Part shown: positions 28,600 to 41,489 of the stretch, one piece after another | Position numbering within the stretch: position 1 is the stretch's first letter | How the letters are laid out: each line of letters starts with the position of its first letter | Assembly (NCBI RefSeq): GCF_037042905.1 | Contig: NC_087245.1 | Location: 32,118,001 to 32,182,000, forward strand | Origin: Lytechinus pictus | Lineage: Eukaryota | DNA: 64,000 nt | Direction: 5' to 3' | The notes under the pieces: generated by a model | Database searches by the model: none | Seen by the model: only the letters and a program-made list of their open reading frames with translations | What the model was told of the DNA's origin: nothing | Position numbers and translations under genes: made by a program

Positions 28600-29080
28600 A
28601 AGTACGGTGATAAGAATAGACATTTACATCATGTATAATAAATTGAAACTGCTATTGGACTTTACATACATTGTTTCAATATTACTATACTATACAACAA
28701 AAAAAGATGCCTTCTTCACAAAGCACCAGAGTATTATTAATAAATTGAAACTTATATTGAATATTGAATTGAATGTATTGAACTGTTCTATGCAGTTTAT
28801 ATACAGCTCTCCAACACTGCAGTAAGAGTAAATGTTTTATGTTTCTCTAAAGGGCTCAATATAAATTCATGTGCTGGCAAACTGTTCCACAATTTCGGAC
28901 CACAAATGTCAAAGCTGGTGCCCGCTTTTTTTAACAACTCTTAGAAAAAGTAAAATTGGAGTGTCTTCACTCAAGTAAAGTCTATAATATGGATGGTGTG
29001 GGCAAGCTGAGTAAATTATAAAGACATTTAGGTGTCATAGGCAAGATTCAGACAGCCAGAAATAATTCATAAATTTTCTA
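28600..29080 (-). mobile_element. Highly degraded LINE remnant
   Basis: Minus strand near 28875-28907 reads ICGPKLWNSLP, a typical CR1/L2 ORF2 C-terminal motif. Confidence 0.55.
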
Positions 29081-31558
29081 GTGATAATGTACCTCTTGTG
29101 TGTCACTGAAGTACTGACTAAATCTAGACAACTTGTACTGACCCAGAAACGTTAGCGTAACCGAGGGCTAACAGTAAGCTCAGTCACATCTTTCGGATTG
29201 TTAAGTCAAAACATTTATTTCAATGTTAAGCAATGCAGTGTTGTAACATTAGGCATTGCTGCCACATTACAGGTTGTAACAGGGCCTCTGTTAGTGCACT
29301 GTTAGCGCGAACAACGTTTCTGTGCGGTCAATATTGGTTGTTAAGCCTTATTTTTCTTTCCATTCACTATTTAGATTCTATTGATCTTTTATTTTCCTGG
29401 GGCCTGTATCATTGCCTTACTCCAATCTAAATACTATGGGCCCAGCAAGAAGGCAGAAAATTCCATTTTAATAAGTCTTTGATAAAAATCTCTACCAGGG
29501 ATAGAACCAATGACCTTCCCATTCATGGGATAGAGACTCCACTAAGCCACTATGCCTGGTACTTTTTCAGATGTCCAATTTGCAGTGTTACTTTTTGTCA
29601 TTATTATCCTGGCTTTCAGAAATGGTTTGAAATTATTATTTTTTAATTTAACTGATTTCGAAATTACTTTTTTTAAAGCCTGGCTCACACCTTTGCATTC
29701 TCATTCTATGGTCACAAATACCTTTATGAACACTGTATAAATGATATCATATTATTTACTGCTATGAATGAAAATTGTTTGTACGGTGTTCGAAAAGGTA
29801 TAAGTGACCATACCATAAGCAGTGCCCAAAAAAAAACAGCAACAGGCAGCCTAAAAAATACACAATGGCAGAAATTGCTAATTATTTGACCGATTTCAAA
29901 ATTTCTTTCTTTAATTACAACTATAACAACCTGCCAGAGGAAATGACAACAAAAGCATACAGATTCCTTTTTATAAAGGCCTACCTCTTCTATCTATTCA
30001 AATATCAAATATCTTCACATATAGAGTGTTACCATCATATCTGTATCTGACCAAATACACAATGGCAGAAATCAATTACTCTAGCCTCAAGAATGGTGAC
30101 GATGTGACAATCAGAAGCCACCTCAAAACCTCCTTGGCAATATGTATATAATTTATGAAAGCCATCATGGCCATGCAGACAATGTGAGTTATTTTCAGAG
30201 TGGGGACATAAAATTCCATCTCAGTAGAATAGAATATTTATGGCACTTCTTGCCAGCAAAGTGCCAATAACCAATTTGAGAAAACTCAGGGCAAATCCTT
30301 CTTGCTGTTGGAAAGAGAAAAGAAAAAGAGTGAGTGATTTAGAGAGGGAGAGAGAGGAGGGGGATGGGAAGAGAGAAATTCTTTGCATGCGTACGTGACA
30401 CTCCGAAGTCTCTATTCCTCCAATTTAATTTCATTATTTCTTTTTTCAGGCTTTTTAATGTTTGCATTAGTTACATCACAGTTACACCATTGGTTGACAA
30501 GGAGTTTTATAATATCATTGCATGAAACATTTAAGGGAACAGAATATTACTTCTTGACCAGCCATAGCATCTTTGATAAGGAGTGAAGGAAAAATTAAAC
30601 AATATGATAATACTCCGATGTAAAACTGAATGATATAGTTCTAGACATCCCCTGCTACATAACGTGTAGTTGGAAGAAAAGGCTTCCAGGATATGGGGAT
30701 TTCGTTCCAGGCAAGTTCGGGAAATGCAGCGGGGGAAGCTTCTTGAGAAAATTTTTATATGTTGAAATGTCATTGCTCTGTTTGCTTTTTGAAATGCCGA
30801 ATAAATTGTAATTAACATGATAATTCAGGCCACATTCAGCAAAAAAAAATGCTAATATTTTACATCAAGTAACCATAGCAGTACACGTACCCCATGCATC
30901 TGACACCAAAACGGTACGCAGGTCTCTCTCTTTTTCTTTGAAAAAACACTCACTTCTCAGCACAAGTAAAGCGATACCAAACAACTTCCATTTGGTTTGG
31001 AAAATTGAATTTGCCACAAGCAACATATGAAACATGATAGCATGCTGATCAAGGAAGCAAAGCAATGCCACCCTAATTTATTTATTCACAAAATGTAGAC
31101 AAACAAAGCAGTGTTTGAAGAAGGCACACAGTATACAGTGTTAAAGGAATGCTGTGAAGCACGCCTACAGCACACTGAACAGAATAAACTCCAGACTGTG
31201 ATGAGGAAATTGTCCAAACTTGAATGTTTCAAAGGAAAGGTTCAAAGGTGTTACATTGGAGATGCTACAAGTTAAGTCAAATTTCCTATAAACCTGGCTT
31301 GGGGAGTGTTGCATTTAAGAGATTAATTGATATCTATGATGATTGCAACTTTCTTAACATGGTATGATATTTAGACTTACAGAATTGAGTGCAACTGATT
31401 GTATATTGCGTGTTAAAGGGGCCCAGGTTCATAAGATCTTTATCTATGACATTTTACAAACTCCGTTTCAAAACTGTGATATCATGAAATTGGATTGGCT
31501 AATTAATAGACGGTCTGTCACAGCTTTGGAGCATGTATAGTTTTGAGAACACTACAAA

Positions 31559-31845
31559 AGCGTTGTGGCCCAGTGGATTAGTCTCCGGACTATGAAACAG
31601 AGGGTCGTGGGTTCGAATCCCAGCCATGGCGTAATTTCCTTCGGCAAGAAATCTATCCACATGCACTTGAGTCAGGTGAGGTAAATGGGTACCCGGTAGG
31701 ATTTATTCCTTGAATGCTTTAGCACCTATTAATATGGCGGCTCAGCTACGGCCAGGTAATAATATGATACCATGTATCAAAGCGCAGTTGAGTATATGCA
31801 CGTAGTAACTGCGTTATGTAAATGGACATATCATTATTATTACTA
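31559..31845 (+). mobile_element. SINE family A, full length, just left of the Harbinger
   Basis: A box TGGCCCAGTGG, B box GGTTCGAATCC, core AATGGGTACCCGG and TTA tail. Confidence 0.9.
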
Positions 31846-31879
31846 CTTAATACAATACACCTAATGTCAGCAAAACTAA

Positions 31880-32030
31880 GACCCCTGTTACACATGCGTC
31901 GGCTTTCAAAGCCGGCCCCGGAGGCGGCCTCACGCCTGCAATTTGAAGCCGCCTCAAAATCATCAAACCCCTGTTACACATAGTCTCGGGCCCGCAATTT
32001 TGCGTCTACACATAGGCCGGCCTCACGTCG
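31880..32030. repeat. Left TIR and subterminal motif array
   Basis: TIR, an internal direct copy ACCCCTGTTACACAT (31967-31981), GCCGGCCCCGGAGGCGGC (31911-31928) and repeated GCCTCA motifs. Confidence 0.85.
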
Positions 32031-32187
32031 CCTTTTCACGAGCTGACGTTGGGGCGCACTTCATGTAAACAAACGCTTAATATTTTCGCGCGGTTTGCAG
32101 GTCTTTTTAATTGCATTGGATCTCATCGACATCGCGACCGATCCGTACACATATCTTACCTCCATATTTTGTTTATATAATTGCATT

Positions 32188-32973
32188 ATGAAGGTTAAGA
32201 ATATCGTAACTATTATTTCTGATCGAAGGAGGGAATTTCGACGTGCTCAAAAAAGGCGATTCCGGGAGTTTGAAGCACGTCGTCGGCGAGTACGGTACTA
32301 TTTTTTGTTATGTGCTATAACGTTTGCCTGCACCGTGGAAAGGAGTGTGTGGATGAAGGAGCGATCTGGACATTTCTGGGAGAGGATAGTGGAAGGGAGA
32401 TTCACGGCAAGAGATTTTCGTGAAAATTTCCGTGTGAACAAGTCGACATTTGATTTTCTGTGTGGTGAGCTAGCACCGGCTATTCGTCGCCAAAACACAC
32501 GATGGCGTAAAGCAGTTTGTGTCAGAAAGAGAGTTGCCATAACTCTGTGGCGTTTATCCACAAACTGCGAGTATCGAACAATCGGGCATCTTTTTGGGGT
32601 AGCGAGATGTACCGCCAATGTCATCGTCAACGACACCTGCCTTGTAATTGTACAAGAACTAATGAGAAGATATATTACCTTTCCTTCTGGAGATAGATTA
32701 CGGGCAACTGTTCAGGGGTTCGAGGACATGGGGTTTCCCCAAGTTGCAGGTGCCATTGATGGAACCCATATCCCTATAATTGGACCTGTTAATTACCATG
32801 CTGATTATCATAATCGAAAGGGATGGTACTCTGTCATTCTCCAGGCAGTTTGTGACCATAAGTACATGTTCACAGATATCATGGTAGGATGGCCAGGACG
32901 CTGCCACGATGCCCGGGTGCTGGCAAACTCTTCTTTTCACCGAAGAGCGGAAAATGGAGAACTGCTTCCAAAT
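32188..32973 (+). CDS. Harbinger transposase (HARBI1-like, DDE_Tnp_4 family), exon 1
   Basis: Motifs FRENFRVNKSTFDFLC, RKRVAITLWRLST..YRTIGHLFGVARCTA (HTH), GAIDGTHIPI (catalytic D), YHNRKGWYSVILQAVCD and WPGRCHDARV. First ATG at 32188. Phase-0 donor AAT|GTACGT at 32974. Confidence 0.93.
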
Positions 32974-33298
32974 GTACGTTTACTTTTAAATCTAATTTAT
33001 AAAACTTGAATTAAATTTCATTTTATTATTAAAGATTTAAGCCACAAAAGATTATGATAGACTACAATCATTTAAAATCTCATAGATCTACAAGTCAATA
33101 GTAACATGCACATTTCATTTTTTTAAAGGGATAATATAAACAAAGGATTTAAAACAATAAATAAACCTAGAGAAATCAAGCCTAGAATAAGGGTAGATCT
33201 TCTTTTAAAATTTCATAAGTAATAATAGGCTACCATTAGTTTGCTCCACCTATTCATCTAAAAACACTGAGGTTTGTGTGATTTTGATATTTCATCAG

Positions 33299-33439
33299 CA
33301 GGGCCATAGCCAGTGTTTGATGTTTGGGGGGCACATACATGTAATTGATCAACGTCCTGGGGAGGGGTCTATAAGGATGGGTGTGTGATCTTGGGGGGGG
33401 GGGGGGGCACGTGCCCCCCCCCCCCTGGCTACGGGCCTG
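33299..33439. mobile_element. Small MITE-like insertion in the transposase intron
   Basis: Ends CAGGGCCATAGCCAG and CTGGCTACGGGCCTG are inverted at 13/15. Internal polyG-CACGTG-polyC hairpin. CAG start resembles hAT-type elements; no clean TSD. Confidence 0.6.
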
Positions 33440-33608
33440 CATGTTCATCAGCATGATCAATGTGTATTTTAATGAATTAATTTTAATATATATTTTTCTA
33501 AACATCTTCATGATATTAAAATAGACCTCTACTTAGTATTGATGTTATTAATATTATTAAATGATTATATTTCATTATTATCATTTTCAATACATTGTTT
33601 TTGACCAG

Positions 33609-34034
33609 ATGACAAGAAACATCAATGGCCAAGATGTTCCGCTGATGATACTTGGGGACCCTGCCTACCCACTGCTGCCATGGCTAATGAAAGGTTTTGC
33701 CGATAATGGTCGTCTGACTGAAGATCAGACTAACTTTAACTACAGGCTCAGCAGGGCGAGAATGGTCATCGAAGGTAGTTTTGGTAGACTGAAGGGGCGA
33801 TGGAGATGCTTATTGAAGCGCAATGACAGCGCTCTTGAGAACGTAACTAATATTGTTGGAGCGTGTTGTACCTTGCATAACCTTTGTCAGATGCAGTCCG
33901 ATGAGCCAGATGACGAGTGGCTTGATGTTGCTCATGAATTACGAGAGTTTCAGCCACCTTGTCCTTTGCCAAATCAAAGGCCTGCACCATCAGCATCTGT
34001 AGTGCGTGATGCTCTTGTTCAGTATGTTAGGTAA
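33609..34034 (+). CDS. Harbinger transposase, exon 2 (spliced product 403 aa)
   Basis: Acceptor TTTTTGACCAG|ATG in phase 0 joins exon 1 in frame. Motifs [40 protein letters not shown] and ACCTLHNLC; stop TAA ends at 34034. Confidence 0.93.
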   Translation: MTRNINGQDVPLMILGDPAYPLLPWLMKGFADNGRLTEDQTNFNYRLSRARMVIEGSFGRLKGRWRCLLKRNDSALENVTNIVGACCTLHNLCQMQSDEPDDEWLDVAHELREFQPPCPLPNQRPAPSASVVRDALVQYVR

Positions 34035-35525
34035 CTTTTTTTATGCATTTCTTCAACCACTGTTAATGATATTCCACAGGTGTAAACAGAGCCTCAAATG
34101 AACTCATTCATTCGGTTAGTCAATGACCCCCCCCCCCCCCCAACCCCCGCCCTCATGATTGAAAATGTTATGTAGCCTCTGTTTTGTAATGTAAAACAGT
34201 TATCAAGAATAGAGTTTTCTCTCTTGGACATTTCTCTTTGTTTTTCCTTTTTAATTATTAATTTATGTTAATCATTCATAATAGACTATTGAGAAAATGC
34301 AAATCTGTTATTTTTTTATAATCCATTTTAAAGTAGATGGTTGGCCTTTTTGTAATGAATAATCTTTTTTTTTTTTAATAATATGCTTTTATTTCACCAA
34401 GTCATTTGTTTCATATTTTACTATACAGAGTGATGAAAAAGTAGTAAATTTAAGGTAGGCCTATGGCAGATAAGATTATCAGGGCCAGAAGATTGTCAAT
34501 TAATTAGAATGATTTTTTTTTCTTCTTTGTATCAGTCTCTTTCCCAATCCATGGATACAGTAAGACTGGGTTTATGTTATTGTCAACCATAGCTGGGGGC
34601 TTTAGGTATGCATAGCAGAGGTTAATGTATGCACTGACATAGCAATGCATCTGACCAGTAGCATAGCACACTGCAATCTTCTTTTCATCTTGTGTTTCTT
34701 CCCTGTTATGACTGACATAAGTTTAAGTGTTTTAAAACCGAATATTCAAATTCAAATTCATTTGCCTATATGATCTACAAGTGATGAACACATTTTAACC
34801 ATCTTATCCTGTGCCCATTCAAAAGCCAGTTTTGTGTTATGTTATTTCATTTGAGGTAAAATGCAGTTGTATTGTTATTTTTTCAAGCAAATATAGTGCC
34901 AGAAGCATTATTTTTTTTCTTGTTGTCCATGTGACTTTCTTGCTATTTCATCAATGCGATAATTTATATCAATCATTAATCTTAAAAGATGCACTTTAAA
35001 CTTGACACCAGCATGCCTCATCATGGGAAGATGAATTAATTTTGTTTAGGGTTATGTAGGTCAAAGGACACAGAGGTTAATACACATGAAACATTACCTA
35101 TTTGTAGTTCTTTTATCATAATATCTTGTACTATTTGCTTCTTGTATTCAATGTGCTAACAAGTATTCATTTGGAGAGGAATTTCAAACAAAGGTTACAG
35201 AGGTAAATGTATAATGTATATAAAACAATACCAGATAAACATGATTTATCTTCAAACCCATGTGGATAAGTAGTAATTGCTTGGGGGCAGGCGCAAGTGG
35301 TCATTATCTCTTTAGCTATGTGATTATATTGGATTGTATTCAACCACTATGAAATAGCTGTTTTGTACATATATGTCGTTTTTTCTTCTCTAACCACTTT
35401 TAGTTCAAAATTGTTAGGTATTTTCTGTGTATATGTTAAATACAACATGCCTCCGATAATGAATAAAAAGAAGAAAAAACATCAAGAATTCAGCTAAGGG
35501 TCTATCCTATTATTTCTGTATTATA

Positions 35526-35705
35526 ACACTCTAAAAGCAAACCAATCTAAATTGGAATCAAATGGGGACATATTTGTTTCTATTCTTATTTAGAATAGAT
35601 TCTATTCATCTTTTTCCTTCAGATTCTCTTCAATTCTGAGAATTTGAATAGAAACTAATATGTCCCCATTTGATTCCTATTCATATTTGATTAGTTTGTT
35701 TAGAA
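35526..35705. mobile_element. Palindromic MITE-like element in the Harbinger spacer
   Basis: Long inverted arms GGAATCAAATGGGGACATATT..TTTCTATTC and GAATAGAAA..AATATGTCCCCATTTGATTCC; starts ACACTCTAAAA. Confidence 0.6.
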
Positions 35706-36737
35706 AACACATTAAGTACATGTCAGTGGCAGACACAGAAATCTTGGGGGGGGGGTACCCCAGGTGTTATAGTTTGTCTTGTTGATGTCCATTTTTTTCT
35801 GGGGGGGGGGGGGCTGGAACATGTATCATTGTCCATTTAACATTGTAGAATCAAAAGGTAATATTTTTTATTTAAAAAAAATTTAAACAAATTATGAAGT
35901 ATAAAGATACAGAATTTAAACAAAAAGTTTCATAGTACATGTACCAAAAAGGCAATTTAGGTCACTATATTACAACATTATTTTGACTGACATGGGGTGT
36001 AATATAGAATTTTGTTGGGCCTGTAAATGCTTAAATATTCCAAGAGGGACTATTTTTCTGCAAAGCATGTAGTGTTTGGAAAATGTGATGTTTTCCAAAG
36101 AGGAGAAATTAATACCCGAGATGCCAAGATATGTTATCTTTCAACTCTTGCAAGATGACATATGGCACCTCTATTATTATATTCTCTTAGGATTAAATCA
36201 CACTTTCCTTGACTCTATAAGCTTTGCAAATACATGTATATATAAGATAGTCTTTTTTGTTAAAGAGCCGATTTGCTTTGAACGATCAAAATAACATCCA
36301 TATTTTGTTTGCATTGTTTCGCAAATCCCCATGAAAAGCATGCTCAGCCAATCATTTGACTGGATCTAGGTAGACAATGTATTAACAGAGGTAAAGGTAT
36401 AGGGTTAGGTCACACATGCAATCAGGCAAGAAGACTGGAAATATACCAAACAAATTATTTATTATTCAGAGAATAATGAACACGTACATAAAAAGTAAAA
36501 CATAAAAGTGCAATATTTGCATAATGCATTCACAAAGTGCAATTTTCTTTACATAGTAACTGAAAAGTTATAAAATATACCACAATTATGTCCTGAGTTT
36601 AAATTAGTTGGCACTATCGAAAGGCAGACTTTGGTAACGTTTTATTGCCAATATACAGTTTCTTTCTTAATAAATACAAAGAAAAGGGGGGAAAAGTTTT
36701 TGAAAAGTACTGCAAATGCAATGATGACAAACAAAAA

Positions 36738-37704
36738 TGTAGACATGTGTGATAAAATAGCAAATAGACTTTGAAACTTTGTGTGAATGCATATGTATAT
36801 AACCCATCTTATACATGTAATTGCAAGATAACAAGTACTGACAAAAACAAACAGTTAAAAAATATAATACTTTACACTTTCAAGTTGTGACTCAACTTTC
36901 TTTGGCAATATCACATTGGTACAAAATGAGGGTTGGCAGCGTTTGATATAGATCTTATTTAAGAACAATAAAACATAGTCATTTGAAAGGTATGTATATA
37001 ATAGAAGATCAAAATAAAAATGGAATGTTTATATATATATACTGTATATGTACAAAAGTTCACATGTAGAAATGTGTGCTTAAATAGCAAACAGACTTTG
37101 TAACTTTGTGTGAATGCATATACCTGTTTTATACATGTACAGAAATTGCAAGATAACAAGTACTAACAAAAAGAGCAGTTAAAAAATATAATACTTTACA
37201 CTTTCAAGTTGTGACTCAACTTTCTTTGGCAATATCAAATTGGTACAAAATGAGGGCTGGCAGCATTTGATATAGATCTTATTTAAGAACAATAAAACAG
37301 TCATTCGAAAAGGTATGTATATAATAGAAGACAAAATAAAAATGGAATGTTTATATATACTGTAGATGTACAAAAGTTCACATGTAGAAATGTGTGCTTA
37401 AATAGCAAATAGACTTTGTAACTTTGTGTGAATGCATATGTATATAACCTGTTTTATACATGTACAGTAATTGCAAGATAACAGGTACTGACAAAAATGA
37501 GCAGTAAAAAGATATAATACTTTACACTTTCAAGTTGTGACTCAACTTTCTTTGGCAATATCAAATTGGTACAAAATGAGGGTTGGCAGCGGTTGATATA
37601 GATCTTATTTAAGAACAACAATAAAACATAGTCCATTCAAAAGTTATGCATAGAATAGAAGAAAAAATAAAAATGAATGTTTATATACAGATGTACAAAA
37701 GTTC
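36738..37704. repeat. Tandem repeat, 3 x ~320 bp, in the Harbinger spacer
   Basis: Near-identical blocks (e.g. CAAGTTGTGACTCAACTTTCTTTGGCAATATC) recur near 36881, 37205 and 37531. Confidence 0.9.
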
Positions 37705-38064
37705 CAATAGCAAGTAAATGGTTACTTGATGTAAAAAAGAACTACATAAAAACAAAGTTATATGTTTATAAAAATCTATAAGTGCTAAGAACAAAAAGTA
37801 CTAACATCTACAATTTACATGTAAATTCCCTTGCCCTTGGCAATGATTCTGGCAGCACTGAGATGGATGGCTAAGTAAAAACAAGGGTTTCAGCATGGCA
37901 AGAGTACAGGTGAATGATATGCAGCAACAAGTACTGAGGAAAGAAATTGTGATGAACAAAAATCCTGAAAAGTGTCATCTCATATGACAAATACATGTTT
38001 ACCACCGTGGGAATTCCAAACACACACACTCCTCCACTTGAAGAATGCATTATGTTTGTAACAA

Positions 38065-38462
38065 TTACAGTGGAGTGTAATCGTGATTGTAGGGCCAGGA
38101 ATTTGGAGACCGCTCTGGACCGGACTGGGAGTTGTTTCCCTGTTGCTGCCACATTGAAGTTGACGACTGCCGCATACCAGCCATTAAGGCCTGAAGCATT
38201 TGGAGTTGATGCTGTCTATCACGTTCTTTTTCTTGCTCTCTATGCTCCCTCTCTTCTCTTCTCCTCCTCTCCTTCTCCTCTAGTTTTTTTTCTTCAGTAC
38301 GCTGTGCCTTCATTAGGAGCTCACGCTCCCACTCCATTTGGCGCTGCATGAACCGATCCTCCCTAGCATTGAAGGCATTTGTACTGTCCTCCTCCAGTGT
38401 CTTTATCTCCTTGGCTATCAGTCCGAAGGACTCCTGCAGCTTTGATTTCTTCCGCTTTTCCC
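38065..38462 (-). CDS. Myb/SANT protein, last exon (basic NLS-like motif, charged coiled coil); spliced product 317 aa
   Basis: Acceptor CATAACAG|GG in phase 1 reads EKRKKSKLQESFGLIAKEIK.. and is in frame with ORF 38065..38349 (E/R/K-rich helix, Q-rich tail). Confidence 0.85.
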
Positions 38463-38797
38463 CTGTTATGAAGTAGGTAGTATAAAATACATCGTAAATA
38501 AAAAAAAATCAATCAAATGTGATAGCGGTAAGAAAGGTATACAATCATTTTATTTCTTTCAACTTGTTACACACATACTTTTCTGTATTTGACATAAGGC
38601 ATGCAATATCACACTTCTAATAGCTAATACAACAAATCAAGTGAGAAAACCTTGAGTTGCAAAAAAAAATCATACTGCATGAAAGCAACATCAACGGGAT
38701 GTAAAAGGCCCCTTTTCTTGAAAATTTGCTGAATCGAATTCAAATATCATATGAACTATAAATAAGCAAATGTATGGAAACAATCTGTTTATATTAC

Positions 38798-38866
38798 CAG
38801 TTGCCTTACGTCCATTAGCAGATGATGTTGAAGGTCCCTCTAGATCCTCCGGTGGAAAATTGCCAA
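38798..38866 (-). CDS. Myb/SANT protein, coding exon 2 (69 nt; not in the ORF track)
   Basis: Acceptor TTTTCTTTAG and donor CTG|GTAAT. The 69 nt keep phase 1 and read (V)GNFPPEDLEGPSTSSANGRKAT with no stop. Confidence 0.75.
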
Positions 38867-39233
38867 CTAAAGAAAATGAGGGATAGAAAAGCGATTACAA
38901 TAAGTGACTACAATAATAAACATTTCATTTTTATGCATAAAATGAAGGGGAACTAATTTTTATGTTGTTATGTGTCACTGAAGTAAAAACATTTTAAAAC
39001 AAAGGCTAACTTTCAATACATTTTTATTTTATTAAATTCAAATCAGTTCCTTTCATATTACTCAGTATAAAATGATACATCAAGACAATATAATGATACC
39101 AATAATGTTTATTTTAAATGCTCACACTGAGAGGGTAAGAGCCAAAAAGGATTAGTCTTTATAATTACACATGTATATACAAATAAACATGTATATGTGA
39201 TTACAAATGAAAAAAGGAAGAGGAATCCTTTAC

Positions 39234-39720
39234 CCAATTCTGTTGGTGCTTCCACATCATTTTCCTCCAGTTCATCATCCGTTATACTTCTATCTTCTTC
39301 GGCTCCATCCTCCTCCTCCTCTCTCGGCAGTGAATCAGAGTCCACCGAGTCTAGCGACTCAGATTGATCCTCCTCCTCTGGTTGCGACGCCAGAATGGCA
39401 ACTGGTGCAGTCTCTGGTCTGCCCCCAAAGATCTCCTGCAGTTCGCTATAGAATTTACATGTAATTCTCCCCCTGCCTGATCGATTGTTATTGTCCTCCG
39501 TCTTTCGGAAGGACGCTCTTAGTTGTTTAATTTTCCGCTTGATTTGGTCCTCTGCCCTTTCGAACCCCCTTTCTTTCATCAATTGGCATATCTTACGAAA
39601 TACCGTTTTGTTCCTTACTGTGCCATCCATCTGTTCTTGAATGTTTTTCTCCCGCCAAATATTCAGGAGGCACAGCGTCTCCACATCTTCCCACAGACTC
39701 CCTCTCCCTGTTGGTGCCAT
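39234..39720 (-). CDS. Harbinger Myb/SANT-like (trihelix-type) DNA-binding protein, coding exon 1
   Basis: WEDVETLCLLNIW..RNKTVFRKICQLMKERGFERAEDQIKRKIKQLRASF..CKFYSELQEIFG is a Myb_DNA-bind_4/MSANTD-type domain, followed by an acidic linker. Donor G|GTAAAG at 39233 (phase 1). Confidence 0.9.
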
Positions 39721-41489
39721 TTTGATCTAAAATGAGAGAACAAATACAAATACAAATTAATAATGGTAACCACAAAGATTACGATGTGGTAAAATTATTA
39801 TATAAAATTATGTGTAACATCTATTAATCACCTTTTAGGATTTTTGATCTTGTCAACAACTTCTCTTGTCAGGGGACAGTTGACATGAATATCATCAAAA
39901 ATTCAAATTTAATGATTCAGATTGATCGACCACCTAGATATATGAAGGCCCTTCTCCCCCTGCTATGTAACATTTGATGATCGATGGACAAATTATTCCG
40001 CTAAAGTTCCATATGTACCCATCACTAAAATTGAATAAAACAATTGAAAAATATGGGTATGACTTAGAATGACATAACTAATATAAATAAAGTATACAAA
40101 ATATGGGAAATCACTTTCTAAAATAACTATCTAGAAATCCATATAGTATACAAAATATGGGAAATAATATTCTAAAAATCTATCAAGTCCATCAAGATAA
40201 ACTCCTACAGCTCGGCAACTAACACGTGGCCAGCCGCTGATCTCTGAATACCGGTGGAAGAAGAACTTATTCATACTTTATTTACAAGTTTCTTTTGTTA
40301 TCATATCACGTGTTAATCTGTTAATGTATACAATTTTTAATACAATTTGCTTCTAGTGATAATTTTAGAGACGGTTTAATGATCATTTAGAGATGGTAGG
40401 CCTAGAGTGTTAATTATAGAGACAGTTAATACTATAATAGTAAGGTACGCAGAGTCTGTTACAGCTAGGGTTAGGGTTCGCAGACCCCGGCGTCCATCCT
40501 AGAGTACGCGGCCTCCTGATGACTTTGGTTGGTTAGGGATAGGACTTCGAAGTTAGAGTTGTGTATATTATTGTACTGTAATCTGTATTAACATTGTTTT
40601 ATGCACTCACCGCTAGAATCTACTTATTTTAGTCTACTTCTTTTTTGTGGGGATTTTACAGGCAGACACTATTTTATATGTAGATCTAGACCCTACTCAT
40701 TTGTTTCAATGTCTAGCGACATATTTCATGTCCAATTTCTGACTATGTGCGACTCCGACTGAGTGGATTATTGGCATTTGAAATAATTAATGGCAATTGT
40801 CTAGTTTCATGTCTCATGGCCTGGCCTGCCCCTGGCCATGCCTTCAAAATCAAAGTTAAATACTTCATCAAGTTCATGCCTCATGATCATGATGACTTTG
40901 TTTGAGGCATAAGATGATGTATTAACTCTGACAGTCTGACTCCGAGTCTGATGATGATGAGTCATAATTTCATAATCATATGAGAAAAATTATGACGGCT
41001 CATGATGTATGGCACTCCTGTCCAGGCTATTGTTTTTAGTCTGTCTATTAGTATTGATAAATTATCATCGCCAACAAAAAAATAATGATCATTCTTCAGA
41101 TGGTGCAATCACAGTAGCGATGTATTTAAAAACATCGAAATAAACAGGAAATGATCAGACGATCGAAAATCATAATTCCCAAACCCACAGAAATATAGGG
41201 ATGGGACTGAATTACAAGTCACCATCACTCATCAGTTCTGTTCGGAGAAAATACCAGGAATAAACGGTTTAAACTTTTAGCCCACCAGTACAGAATATGT
41301 CGTGTCTTAGTGCAGGCTGCTGGATATGAGGAAATTAAAATTTAAAGCAATAAATGATGAAAAACAATGTAATTTTACGCTCGGGGCGAGGCTTACCTAT
41401 AATATATACTGCATGCCTGGTCCAAATGGCAAAAGCGCGCCCGGCCGATGCATTGTTGATGATGACAGGTCGCGTCACTTCCGCTTATA

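Noticed and set aside
32298..32940. Antisense ORFs over the transposase (and + strand ORFs over the Myb exons)
   Set aside because: Shadow ORFs of real coding sequence.
32188..34034. Domesticated HARBI1 host gene
   Set aside because: It is enclosed by TIRs and a TSD together with its Myb partner, so it is a transposon gene. No gene symbol assigned.
40466..40540. TTAGGG-like telomeric motifs inside the Harbinger
   Set aside because: Only 2-3 scattered copies, compatible with chance.
40900..40965. C/D-box snoRNA-like TGATGA and CTGA motifs
   Set aside because: Box order and terminal stem are not convincing in a TGA-rich, low-complexity stretch.
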